Shown piece after piece: positions 48,893 through 60,900 of a stretch of 64,000 bases of DNA. Source of the DNA: Yuukianura sp. NJ FZ-2021. Lineage: Eukaryota. The notes under the pieces are model-generated. The model made no database searches, was not told where the DNA came from, and was given only the letters and a program-made list of their open reading frames with translations. The position numbers and the translations under genes were made by a program. The stretch is taken from contig CM102289.1 in the NCBI GenBank assembly GCA_046563655.1, forward strand, positions 4,216,001-4,280,000. Reading direction: 5' to 3'. Each line of letters starts with the position of its first letter. The first letter of the stretch is position 1.

Positions 48893-50917
48893 TCATATTT
48901 GACTACTTTTAATTTTGTAACATCCAAAACTTGTGCCAAATTCTATCATCATAGTCATTATACCCAGAAGCAATCCGACCCCTAGAATTGCAAACAATCC
49001 AACGAAACTGGTCAACGTCAAAACTTTACTGTCACTCGTCAATTGTTGGTATACTTCCAACGCCTTACGATTGGTGCCCTCATCCGGAGAGTTTTGAACC
49101 CAATGAGCAGCGCGAGCACCACTCTCCGACAAATCCTGTGTTGTCCATAGAGTGGATATGCCTGATGCCCAAATTTTGCCAATGTAAGAATTAAAAGTTT
49201 CTGTTATCGGCGACATCTTCCGGAAACTCCAAGCAATTTGCTGGCCACTGAACACAGAATCCTTGGACTTCAGAACAAGTTCAATTTTTTGGCGTTCACT
49301 GACGGTGGAATTTGTGCGTACAGCATAACTTCCATGGACGTTCCAGTCGAGGCAAGCCACATCTTGTCCTCCGACGACTGCAGCGATACACTCCTGTGAT
49401 GAATTGATTAACTGAGCTCTTCGAATGATTTCATGCTGCATTGGATCTTTGGACGTTATGGCGTAGTTGTAGGCCACGCCCCCGTAGTACCGAAAGAGTA
49501 GTTGATAGTTTTGGTCAATCAGTTGCGCATGCGTAAGTGGAATTTCCTTCGGCGTGTTAAATGTAAGGAAGTAGACGAGGCGAGATCGGTAACCTGCCGA
49601 AACCACTAAACAAAAGAACATCCAGACGAACCAAAGTGCTCTAGCTCGAAAACCGCTCCAACTTTTAACGCTAGCGGATTGCTCAAGGCCAACCGCCATG
49701 ACAGCAATGGTAACCACCGGAATTAGTTCATATGCAGAGTTTAGAGATGGTTCCGTTGACACAATTTTAACACGAAGTGACAAATAGAAAACCGGAACCA
49801 GGAGTAGCGCTACCACGAATGTAAAAAACCACACAGTACTTTGAAGCGGAGAAAATATTGCGCGCCAAGTTCTAGCAACAGATGGAGCTCTGATGAAGAA
49901 AATCCTTTGCAATTCTTCGAGTGACGAAGAGTGGTCCACCACTACATGACGAGATTGTGTGGTTCCAGTTCCCCAACCAATGTCAGCTTGTCGATTCAAT
50001 ACTTCACCAACAACGCCAAACCATGATCCATTTTTCATAAATCCTGACGAACCGCCGCTATTTGCATACTGAATGGTGAACGTGAAATTATATTTCCGCG
50101 AAGAGTCCACAATCAATCGATAGTAAATTCCAGTAAATGTGGAAGATTTCAACGGCTTACCAAATTTATCAGCTTTGAATTGCAACCAAGGAGTTCCCAA
50201 AACTGAACTAGCAACAAAATGTGCTCCATTTAACAAGTTTGGGCAAGTCCGCATGTGCAAACCACGCAGTAAAGATAGGTCATATTCCATGTCGGTACAT
50301 CCGTCGGTAATCCGGAACCGGGAATCCAAATTCTGGATGTGGTAGAACTTGTATCTTATTTCGGCGGGAAAGTTAGTATGACGAAAGTGTCGAATGGCTG
50401 TATCACTAGCCGAAAAAATGAAGTAGTCTATGTGTGGCCTGGATACTCTGGATAGAACTATGGACTTTGTCAAGCGTTCCAACTCCGCATAAGTCTCATG
50501 CTTGTATGCAACAGAAATGAAAACTAGTTGACATTGGAATGAATGTCGAAGTGGTCCAGGGTACTTTGGAAACATCAATTCTTCTTCTGTATAAAGCATA
50601 CGAAAATATTGTTCCGTTTGTTCTGTCTTTGAAATCGAATTACCGAATATGAATAGAACTGAAGGAAGCAATTCGTCAATAGGTGCAATGTTTGTAATTG
50701 TGTTTTCGAGGTCAACGCTGGAGTCACGTTGGATGTCATCCGAAGAAACGACAATTGTTTGCGTGGAGCATCCGCATGCGCAGAATGCTCCGGAATAACA
50801 ACCAATAAGCAGATATGCAAGTGAGAGCGTTCTTGCTACGATTCTAGGAGTTTTGTGAAATACTAAGATAATCCATTCAAACACAAGCAATACCAGAAAC
50901 GCCGTGAGTAGACTCAT
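48893..50917 (-). CDS. Divergent ionotropic receptor (variant iGluR, IR family), intronless
   Basis: S1 lobe NGSWFGVVGEVLNRQADIG...RHVVVDHS; M1 after IFSPLQSTVW; M3-like WFVWMFFCLVVSAGYRSRLVYFLT; S2 lobe; final TM LTLTSFVGLFAILGVGLLLG. First ATG at 50917 (the ORF track starts at GTG 50944). Confidence 0.88.
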   Translation of the reverse strand: MSLLTAFLVLLVFEWIILVFHKTPRIVARTLSLAYLLIGCYSGAFCACGCSTQTIVVSSDDIQRDSSVDLENTITNIAPIDELLPSVLFIFGNSISKTEQTEQYFRMLYTEEELMFPKYPGPLRHSFQCQLVFISVAYKHETYAELERLTKSIVLSRVSRPHIDYFIFSASDTAIRHFRHTNFPAEIRYKFYHIQNLDSRFRITDGCTDMEYDLSLLRGLHMRTCPNLLNGAHFVASSVLGTPWLQFKADKFGKPLKSSTFTGIYYRLIVDSSRKYNFTFTIQYANSGGSSGFMKNGSWFGVVGEVLNRQADIGWGTGTTQSRHVVVDHSSSLEELQRIFFIRAPSVARTWRAIFSPLQSTVWFFTFVVALLLVPVFYLSLRVKIVSTEPSLNSAYELIPVVTIAVMAVGLEQSASVKSWSGFRARALWFVWMFFCLVVSAGYRSRLVYFLTFNTPKEIPLTHAQLIDQNYQLLFRYYGGVAYNYAITSKDPMQHEIIRRAQLINSSQECIAAVVGGQDVACLDWNVHGSYAVRTNSTVSERQKIELVLKSKDSVFSGQQIAWSFRKMSPITETFNSYIGKIWASGISTLWTTQDLSESGARAAHWVQNSPDEGTNRKALEVYQQLTSDSKVLTLTSFVGLFAILGVGLLLGIMTMMIEFGTSFGCYKIKSSQI

Positions 50918-52387
50918 TGCTTCTCTAGATTTCTCAGAAACCACAATGGCGGTTGTGTGACGACAACAATACGTTTTCTCTGCATCTTTTTCTCAAATTT
51001 TCAAAGTTGCATGTATGTATGGTGCACACTTTAAGTCCAAAGTTCACCAAATGACAGAAAAATTGGTTAGAAATTACCTCAGTGTTACTGTTGTAGCATT
51101 CAATGCAAAGCGCAGAGATATTCAGGGAACACTAGAATTGCGTGCGTGTGTGTGTGTATGAAAATCGAATTTAGCAGGGTGATTTAGAAATCTCCGTCAA
51201 GTTTACATTCGAAGTTTTCTTATGTCCAATTACCCTTGATTATATGACGTAAAAAGCAAATGTGTCGCTTTAGAAATGCAACCTTGTATTTAATTTGAGG
51301 GTAAGTCATATTTAGTGACACATTTTGGCAACATGCCTTTCGTAGCAGGAGTAAAATTTATGAGGCTGTCAATATCATTAAGTTAGTATGTCACTTAACC
51401 TGACACGAGATTGTATGGAGACAATATCATGTCCAATGAAACGATCGTTTCGTTGGCCCTCGTTAAGCGTTTTCAGTCGTTATGAGCAGGCGTCAGACAC
51501 TCTTCGCGTACATTGTTTAAGATGACATGTTTTAAATTTCAATAGATTTTCGACACAAGAAAATAGTAAACGACTATTTAATTCAAGCAGTTTTTCGACG
51601 GCTGCGCCGAAGCAGACTTAAAGGATGAATTGGAATGATTTTTCCAATTCTTGTTTATTATTAATTCAAAATTCATCTAGAACGCTCGAATTCAATTTAT
51701 TAGAAGTTAATTGCAAACCAAAACCTCAAAGTCAGTGCATCTTCTGGCTCCACCACCAAATGGAACGAGTAATTCCCCTGGCTTACTTTCTAAATAAAAG
51801 CCAGGAATTACGGTATTCCTATCTCCTCGTATTAGACATCGTCCAATGTAAATTGTCTCCCTGTCCTTCGTTCTTCCGCCCTTGATTACTTGTCGTCCGC
51901 GAACATCTCGCGAGTTGACCCATTGCAAATTGGCGTCGTTTCGTGGATTTGTGAGAACCGAGAAGTTTTCTTTATATATGGTTTCACCCCCTCCGAAAGT
52001 AACGTAACATTCATCTTCATCTAGAATTGATTTGCCGATAAGTAGATGACCTTCGTGGTAAACTCGGCATACATAGAATGTTCGTCCATCGATTTCGTAA
52101 CCGGCGGGGAATGGGTTTGTGTTCCTAGCCGACTGTGTAATTTTTCTGAATCGATAGCCATAGCACCCTAGGAGTTCCATTTTTAAATAGAACATAAATA
52201 TAACACAATTTTCAAAAAGAGGTGATGAATAGAATGCTAACCTCTGCAGTCATGCATTGCATTGATTCTTTCAATGTCTACAACGCTGAACGTTCTGTCA
52301 TCTGAAGCTCCCGGGCCGAGTGGGATGTTTTTCGGAGTTGGCGGTTTCGGCCAGTAGCATTCTGTCCAGTCGGCCATTAGAGCTATA

Positions 52388-53837
52388 CAGTGAGAGGCAC
52401 GAAAACCTGCACACCTCCATAGTAATTATTTTGTTTATTTTGCCAAATCTGGGGGGAAAACTGTTGCACAAACAACCTAACAATAATCCTGTGTCTAAGT
52501 ATAAATTCGAAGATTTAACTAGATTTCATGTTCAAAGTGCTTCCCTTCAGCAACGATGCAGTACTCCAAGCGATCATAGAATGCTCGGCGAGCGTTTCGA
52601 AGTGTATCTGGAGTGATGGCAGCGAAAGCATCTCGTATTCGTTGTTGCAAGTCTTGAATTGTAGGGCTACGTACCAGAAAGACTTGGTGTTTGATAATAC
52701 CCCAGATGCAAAAATCCAAAGGTGAAAGGTCAGGAGACCTAGCAGGCCATGGAATTGGTCCATCCCTACCAATCCATCTTCCAGGAAATGTATCGTTTAA
52801 ATAGGCTCGTACATCTTTCAGCCAATGGGCTGGAGCACCGTCTTGCTGAAAGTAAATCTCATCGTCTCCAGCAATTTGCTCCAATGCCGGCCCAATTTCA
52901 TCTTGAAGCATTTCCAAATATCCTTGCCCGTTGATATTACCTTCAAAGAAGAAGGGGCCGACAATTCTGTCTCCTAGGACACCAGCCCACACGTTTACTT
53001 TTGGGGCATTTTGCGACTTACAATCTGACATCCAGTTGAGGGTTGACTTGAGACCAATATCTAAAAGGAAGTGATGTTTTCCTGCTTTTGAGTGGCTGCA
53101 GCATGGTACCATTGAAGGTTAAATAATTTTTCGGTAATTTTCGAACCTGAAATTTTGGTGATTAAATCTTCCGTTGCAAAGTACTAAAAAGTTGCTTCGT
53201 CGCTAAAGCAAATTCGTGAACTTAAATGTGGGTCTGCGTCGCACAGGTCAATCAACTGCTCATAAAACTCAATTCGGTGTTTTGGGTCATCGTTTGTTAG
53301 CGTTTGAAGAAATTTCATTTTGTAGGGATGGAACTTCTGAACTTTCAGAATTCGCTTAATTGATCGCTTCGAAATTCCAGCATGGTTGCTCAAGTCCCGC
53401 AAACTTGAATGTGGATTAGCATCCAAAAACGCTACAACTGCCGCTGAGATTCCATCGTTCGTTACAGGTTTTGCTCTTTTGTATTTTCGGTTTTCCTGAT
53501 TTCCTAGCTTTGCATTCTTCTGAACGGCCAATTTGACAGTGTTGACGGCAGGAATTGGCAAGTTAGGATGAATTCCAGCGAAGACCTCCCGCGCTTTCCT
53601 ATAACTCCCTTGTTCGTGATAAAGGGCAGCCATTTGACCCCTTTGCTGGCTTGTGTATTGCGCCATTTCTAAAACTTGAACGCAGTGGAGATAGTGGAAA
53701 CGAAAATACAAATTTTTCAGTTTTTTTAAATTTAGAATTCTGAACTCAGGTTGTTGATGAACAGAATTTCCCTCCATGGTTTCAATTGTAACCAAGGCAA
53801 CAAATTTGGGGTGTGCAGGTTTTCGTGCCTCTCACTG
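52388..53837 (-). mobile_element. Tc1/mariner-superfamily DNA transposon, DD41D (rosa/Visitor-type), 1,450 bp
   Basis: Perfect 28-bp TIRs CAGTGAGAGGCACGAAAACCTGCACACC with TA duplication on both sides. Transposase motifs FSDEATF, FQQDGAPAH, WPARSPDLSPLDFCIWG, with 41 residues between the 2nd and 3rd Asp. Confidence 0.95.
52519..53666 (-). pseudogene. Defective DD41D transposase with one intron
   Basis: Start MAQYTSQQR at 53666. A stop plus frameshift follows DEATF (~53184; NGRFNHQNFR continues in another frame). GT-AG intron ~53146-53061. A second 1-nt shift lies in YWSQVNP/WMSDCK (~53038). Confidence 0.8.
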
Positions 53838-55451
53838 TATAGTCAAATGGAATATCGATGGCAGCTTGATCCAGATTTCGAACCTTGGAATAAAAAAATA
53901 ACATTTTTGAAGTACAATGCTTAAAATTCTACCGAAAATGTTTTCAGAAACGCGTTACTTTGTCAGCAAAACCTCCTTTGCAAGAATCCTGCTTTTCGGT
54001 GTCCCAGTAAATGTACTCGTCTCTGTCTGTCCTATCCTGCTCATGTGGGAATCCAAGTGTATGACCCAATTCATGCAAGTAGAATGGTAGTGGTAGACCG
54101 CTACTGAATGTCGCTTCCTGCCCTTTGTCAATAAACTCTCTGCAATTTTAGACGCAATACAATTTCCAAAATTTCAAAATTGTACAAAATCAGAAAATTT
54201 TGTGGTTTTATTACGGCCGCCGTCCCATATGCGCCGAGCAGCAGTTTCCAAGCTCGAGAACAACCCAGTATCTGTCCCCACTTTCTTTTGGTCTGAATCG
54301 AACGCAAGTTCTGTCTTGAAAGTAACGTGTCGCCCTTAAGAACATTTCACGGTCTCTGACTGGGAAGTCTGGACGAAAGTCATAAGGAATAATACCGTGA
54401 GGCCAAACGTAAGAAATGCCGGACCTTTTCACCTATGGCAAAATATTTTTGAAGTTTCAGCAAAGAAAAATAATTTTAAATCATTTTTTTACCCTGGTGT
54501 GATTTGCGCATCCCTGCACGGAAACGAAAGTTAAAACTACGAGTAGCAGTGTTACAAGATACATCTCTGGTCGAATTTTTTTTTGCAATTTCTAACAATT
54601 AATTTTTGTTTCGTTTCGTAACTATTTATACAGATAGATGCATATGTTGGAAGTGTTCCAAGTGACATGGAATAGATTTATGCACAATTTACAAACCTTT
54701 GCCACATATAAGTAAAGAAATATTAATAACAATTTTTAGTAGTTTTCTCTTAAAACGAATTATGAAAAATACTTTTTAGTTTTAAGTAATAAACAATGTT
54801 TTGAACCTTAATTTAAAAACACTTGGATGAAACTTAAATACTAGAGATAAAATATTTCCAATAATTCTCTTCCGGGAGGAAGAGAATTATTTTGCCACAT
54901 ATTGTTTTTTAATTCTGCGAACCTTTTAAAAACGACTATAAATTTGATGTTTTGCTGGAAGTTTTGTTTGAAAGTCAGCGACAATTTTTTTTTGAATTAG
55001 CTGTGGACATGCTGATAAATTTACGGTATAAAAAGTGAAATATCTCGATTGCCACGGTTCACACAATTAACAATATGCAATAAACATGGCAATAAAAAAA
55101 GGAAGTGACAGCAAATATCTGAAACATTTGGCAACATTAAAAATTTTTATACAAAATATAGATGTTATAACATATAATGTATCACCTAAAACACTTGAGG
55201 TATTTGGCAAACCTTGAGACGAGTAAACGTGCTATAGTTTTTTTTAATAAAGTTTTAACATTTGGGTGTTATTATTTGTAAGTTCAAAAACTTTAAAAGA
55301 TATTTATAAAGTCTAAAGTTCTAAAGCCGTTATATGTGCTAAGGCGTCGTCGTAGTATTCAATAGTGACCCAAACAATGGTCACCTCAAATGTCAAGGTC
55401 ATTGTGGATCCATTTGAACCTTAAGTATAATTTAAAGGAAACTGTGATAAA

Positions 55452-56318
55452 CTATGAACGAATAAGACTGTTAGAGCGTTGTGCATCAAGGGGTTGGATT
55501 TTGGATTGGGTCTTATTATTCGAAACGCCACGATTGAATCGCTGGTTTTTGTAATCATAAAACGCTGCGTTCTTTGTGTTAAATCCATACTTCTTAATTT
55601 CGCTTAATACGCTTGATTTTGTGGCTTCCGAAATTGTTGTTTTTTTCGTAAGGACGAACCAGTCGAGTGAATTTGATTTTTCGTTGCAAGGCATCACTAG
55701 CACTGCGTTTTCGTTGTCGGTCCACATAATGCTATCCACTGCTCTTGCTGTCAAAAATGATTTTTTTTGTGATTTGTACTAGAAGAAATGAATGAGAATG
55801 AAAACGATTTTGTACTTTACCTGCCGACTTGATGTCACTTCCTGGCGTGCCCCACAAACTCAAGCACACCGTAGACAGTATATTTTTGGGAAAACTTTGT
55901 GAAGTAGGGAAGCACGCTTTTGAAAACGATTTTGACCCACCAAATCCCGTGATTCTGTAGTATGAAAACAAACTCATGACACGAAGGTCAATGAGGTCAA
56001 GTTCAGCCGAAGAACGGGCGTGTCTTCCGAGAAGCACTTCGGCTGTAAGGCGGTATGCTCTTTCTGATGCCATTGGCATAAACCAAGTGCCAGGGGCACC
56101 TAGCTTCAAAATTTTCAAACGCAATTAATTTTCTTTTTATTATTGTTATCAATTGTTTTTTTTACCCAAAAGAAGTTGACTGGACCAGAAAACGGTGCGA
56201 TTGATTTCTTGTCATTTGGACAACTGAGTTCTTTGAAGTCTTCAGATTTTAAAACGGAATTATTTTGAGGCACAGCTTGCGCAACGAATACAATCAGCAC
56301 ACAAAATGAAAATTTCAT
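55452..56318 (-). CDS. Secreted lipocalin/apolipoprotein-D-like protein, 3 exons (possible frameshift)
   Basis: Signal MKFSFCVLIVFVAQA; N-terminal CP followed by GTWF (lipocalin GxW); TDNENAVLVMPC; WFVLTK plus a terminal amphipathic helix ...IKKYGF. The obvious exon 2/3 junction is out of phase by 1 nt. Confidence 0.5.
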
Positions 56319-56961
56319 TGTTTTTTACTGAAATTTTACAATTCTTGCAAGAATAAGAAAGAATGTACAATTATTGTGGATGCCTATTTCATAAATGATA
56401 AACACTGTGAGATACGGAAATGCTTACGTTATAAAGTTTTAATGCTCAGATTGCATAATGTTACATAAGATGAAGATCTTGCAACAACATTCAACCGGTT
56501 ATTGATTCAACATTTCTTCAAGTTTATGAAGTGTAATGTAGTTTTAATGGAAGGATGGAACGAAAAGATACGGAGTAATTACCATTAGCCACTCGATTAG
56601 CAATCAAAAATTACAATCTCAGGAAAATTTATTTATAATGTATGTAGTTTCGGAATACTTTCTCCGTTTCGGTTCTTACGCACTTTGCTCATTGGCCGAA
56701 ATTTTTTGATGCTTTTCAATTGGCCGCGACCACACGGAACCAGAATCGCTTAAGTGACTTCAATTCTTTGAGGTTTTTTAGTAAAGTGGCTTATATCGGT
56801 CAGTATGATTAATGCTTCATTTAAAAAATTATTACCGTTTAACGCTACATCATAATCAGCATGTCTGTTTGAAAATTTGTAATTTAAATTAAGGTCAGTT
56901 GACTTAATTTTCCTCCTATAAAAAGTTGTGTATCGAGTGCGACCGTCTAGAATTTGCAACT

Positions 56962-57408
56962 ATGAATTTCAACCTCGTTTTCACGTTAGTTTTGGCTGGA
57001 TTCGTTGTGACACTTGTCACCGGTAAGGTTATTTCCAGCTGCTGAAATTTCTTTCATGTACTAAATTTAATGCAAAATATAACTTGAAAATATGTAACGC
57101 GTCTTTTTTCAGGGGAAACGTCTGAGGAGCATTCCTGCGATGAATTTTGTCCCAAGGGCGCCAACGGATGGGAGCGAGAGGCAAGTGCAATTGATTCCAA
57201 AACTAATTTGCGAAATTTAAAATTTCCAGATTTTTACTGGATGAAATCTACGTTGATCTTACAACGATCTGAACCTATGATCAATTTTTAGCATGAAGCT
57301 ATGAGAGTATGCTGTCGGCAGCACGGATTTCAGGGAGGATGGTGCTCGACGCGTGGAAGAGAAGCAGACCAAGTAACAGTTGCAATTTGTTGCAGGGATT
57401 GTAAATAA
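56962..57408 (+). CDS. Diapausin-like cysteine-rich secreted peptide (8 Cys), 3 exons
   Basis: Exons 56962-57022, 57113-57180, 57292-57408 (second intron GC-AG): MNFNLVFTLVLAGFVVTLVTG-ETSEEHSCDEFCPKGANGWEREHEAMRVCCRQHGFQGGWCSTRGREADQVTVAICCRDCK*. The CDxxCP...CCRxHG pattern matches insect diapausin. Confidence 0.75.
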
Positions 57409-57997
57409 TAATTGCAATCACTCCAATGTAAATGTTAGTTTTTACGCTAACTGTTGCGTAAAACTCTTAACAATCTTAATAAAAAAAATTTCAATTCCAT
57501 TTTTGTGTTGAAAATTTTTTAATGTTGTGGCTATAGCTTACACGGTAAATAAACTTCAATAATTAGTAAAGGCGTAAAACATTTTCGCGCGTAGTTTTTA
57601 TTTGTTTTATTTTTCATGCAAAATTTCACAATTTTACAAACTATTACTATATAGTTAAAATGAAAGTTGTTTATGAATAAAAGTTGTTTTCATATTTTCA
57701 ATTTTTCACTGAACACGTTTCACAATCCGCGAAAAGCCACACATGATCCTTTTGCTCAGTGATCCATGATTAGAGTTTATCTGATGGTCTATCAGTGTTG
57801 AAAAACAGCTTCAATTTTATCTTCTATTAAAAAGATAAGCATTTGCCACCATACCACTTTGCACCACCATTTCATTTCATTTGGCATTTTGCGCTCCTAA
57901 AGTTTCAAAGGCTTAAGTTAACTTTTAGTCCAAAAGTTATAATTTTTACAACTCCAAGGTTACGGGCACACAAGCTATCGCAAGCGTAAGCGAAACA

Positions 57998-60900
57998 ATG
58001 GATGCAGTAGGCGAACTCTCGCTGGTAAAAACTAAATCACGGTTCATAATTCTTTTGGATTTCCTTTTTACACAATGGATTTTTAAAAAATGTGATAGGT
58101 TATTCGAATTTATATTTCTTGCAGCAAAGGAATTCTTGCGAGAAGCTGAGGGCAATGTTTAAAGATTTGTTTAACGCAGAGTACTATTCAAGCACGCTTG
58201 GACTACAAAAAAGAGCTGGACTTCATATTCGACTGGAGACTACACACGCGCGGACGGTTGGAAGTTCGAAATATGTGGACTTGGAAACGAGGATCCTGGA
58301 AGATGTCTCAAATGCAAACGGTCCATTGTCGACACTGGTTGTTGGGGATTCTGGAACTGGAAAATCTTGGTTAGCACTCAACTTAACCAAGCAATTGTTC
58401 GACTCTACACGACCGGAATTTCAAAACAAAATCCCACTGTACATTCCCCTGGGTCGAGTTGAAAACATGATCAGTCAGCAGAGAGCTCAAGCATCCAGTA
58501 GGTTCAGGTCGGACATTCTGTTTAGTTACATAATGAATCATACGAATCATTTTCCAACAAAAATTCATGACAGAGAATTGCAAAATTTGTATTTGGATCT
58601 CTGCGCATGCGAGTTGATTTTAATTTTGGATGGATATGATGAACTTAAAGTCAAGTTCAATTTGTGGGAAGAAAACCGTTGGAGAAGTAAGCACTTTAAG
58701 AATGTTCGAACAATAGTTTCTAGTCGTCCTATTGCACTAATTGGTCTTGACGTTTCGAAAATATTTGGATTTTCGGATCAACGTCAATGCAGTTATGTCA
58801 TATTGCCCTTAGAAGGGAACCTTGTAGAGAAGTATATTAGTCAAGTACCATTATTTTTACAATCGATTGAATACGATTCAAATGTCAATGACCCTTGGAT
58901 GATGACCAAATCAATTACAAAGGATTATCCACAATGGGAATCTGTGCAGAAGGATTCCGAGTACAAGTACTGGTTTTTAGACAGACTTCCAGAGTTGCAG
59001 GGATTGGCACAAAATGTTTTCCTTTTGACAATAATTTGTCAACTGTTGCCTAAATTAGTAGAGACTGAGCGAATTGGTAGTAACGGGAAAGATGTAACTG
59101 CCGAATTTATGCTGAAATTACAAGAGATTTGTAGAACAGAGGTTCTTTTGTATGATAGGTTTACTGAAACTTGGTTCAAATATCAAGTTGAACGAATGGA
59201 AGCGACTGGACATGCGCATTGTCTTTATGAAAATCGTTATATACTGCATCACTATATGGGTGGTTACGCACAAAATTTAGCAATGCATTGTGCTCTGACG
59301 CGTGGAATGCTCTCAAATGGTGAAATTCAAGAAGATAAAACATTGTTTTGGAATCTTTGGACTCCTTGGAGCCCGAACTCAGAAGAATTTCATAGAGACA
59401 AGAGTTTAGAAGAATTACTTTTTCCACAAAACGAAAATGACACAAATGAAGATCGTGTAGGAAATCTCAAATTTTTGAGAGATTCTTGTTTGATGCGATA
59501 CGAGTCCGGAGTTAAAATTTTTAGATTTTTCCACTTGTCGCTTTTTGAATATTTTTTGAGCAGAGAAGTTTTTGAAAGATATCGTGGCACACTAAACTAC
59601 TATTCCAATTATGACAGACGAAGAGAGGGAGTTTACTTTCTAATTAATCAAAGTAATATTAATGATCCAGAATTTAGCGGTGTTTTGTCCATGCTTGTTG
59701 GTAGAGCTGAAACAGATGAAAACTTTCAAGCCACTTTGCTAGAAGCAATCAAAAAGTCTGCTACACTTCCTGGAATTGAGCGAATGGCTTCAAATGCTTT
59801 CACAATTTTAAATTTAAGTGGTTATAGTTTTTCTGGGAGAAACACCGAGGATGACAATTTTCAAAATATTCAAGTCCCAGGAGCAAATTTTAGTAATTCC
59901 ATTTGCGGAAACAGCGATTTTAGTGGTTCAAATTTTGAGAATGCAAAATTGAATCAAGGGTGGTTCCAAGGGTGTAATTTTCAAGGCATAAATTTTAAAA
60001 ATACCTCATTCGGACAAATTCCACCAATTTACATTGGCGTCGAGACGTCTCTCGTGCATGATATGTTGTGTTGCACAATTGATGGATTTCAGCACGTAGT
60101 ATTATGCTGTCAAGAGTATTGTGCAACCGAGGATAAAATGCAACTGTACTTGAAGAATTACAAATTGAACGCAGACTTTAAATTTGTGGAATTCACTTCA
60201 ATTTTTATACTAGACTTTAATGAAAAAGAACAATATCTGTTTTCTCTAATTCAAACTGAAACAAGCGTATTTCTTTTTTTGTTTGTCGAGTGTGTCCTGG
60301 GTTTTTTAAGTGAGGAATTCATGGGTCCTGCATATTGGTTTGAATTCAGTTTCAACTCGCTCGTAAATTCTGGGAAATTTGGAGAATCCGACTTGAATTT
60401 TTCGCACCATTTAGAAGTTTTCAATGAACGGCACTCAACACAAAAATTTATTCTGTTTTTCCGAAACAAAAATCCTGAATTTTGTGACAAGGAAGCATTA
60501 AAGTCGGTGTATGGAAAAAACCGAGAAATTGGCTTCCGAGAAGATGGGGTTCCTTCCGGGGTGTGTAGGATCAAATTTATCTGGGTGCCGTTTGGATCAT
60601 TTAAATTTCTTGTTTCGATTTGGTTTCGAGAGATAGAGGAAATTGGAGGGATTTGTCTAATGGAAAATATCCAATACATTTCGTTTTTACATGATTGGAA
60701 GCCGATTTTATGCAATAAGGAAAGCGTTGCGTTGGAAATATTTTGGCAAGTTCACCATGCCGATGATGAAGGAATGCAAGAGGCGTTTTTGTTTAACCAA
60801 ATCTCTATACACTGTCGTGGATCATATTTTGATGACAACGTGGTTTTGAGCTTTCCAAGTACTGCGAATATTTACTTTTTTGACATAAAAACCAATCAAG

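Larger units (their letters stand above)
51707..54564 (-). pseudogene. Secreted astacin metalloprotease fused to two DM9 repeats, exon 4 interrupted by a transposon
   Basis: Exons 54564-54493 (signal), 54432-54215 (WPHGIIPY...TCVRF), 54139-53959 (HELGHTLGFPHEQDRTDRDEY), 53883-53838 + 52385-52242, 52167-51707 (DM9: AGYEIDGRTFYVCRVYHEGHLLIGK...GGRTKDRETIYIGR...FEVLVC). Removing the element and one TA restores one open frame. Confidence 0.85.

Noticed and set aside
54860..54891. 14-bp hairpin aataattctcttcc-ggga-ggaagagaattatt resembling a terminator
   Set aside because: Intrinsic terminators do not apply here, and there is no associated element end; could be a repeat relic or chance.
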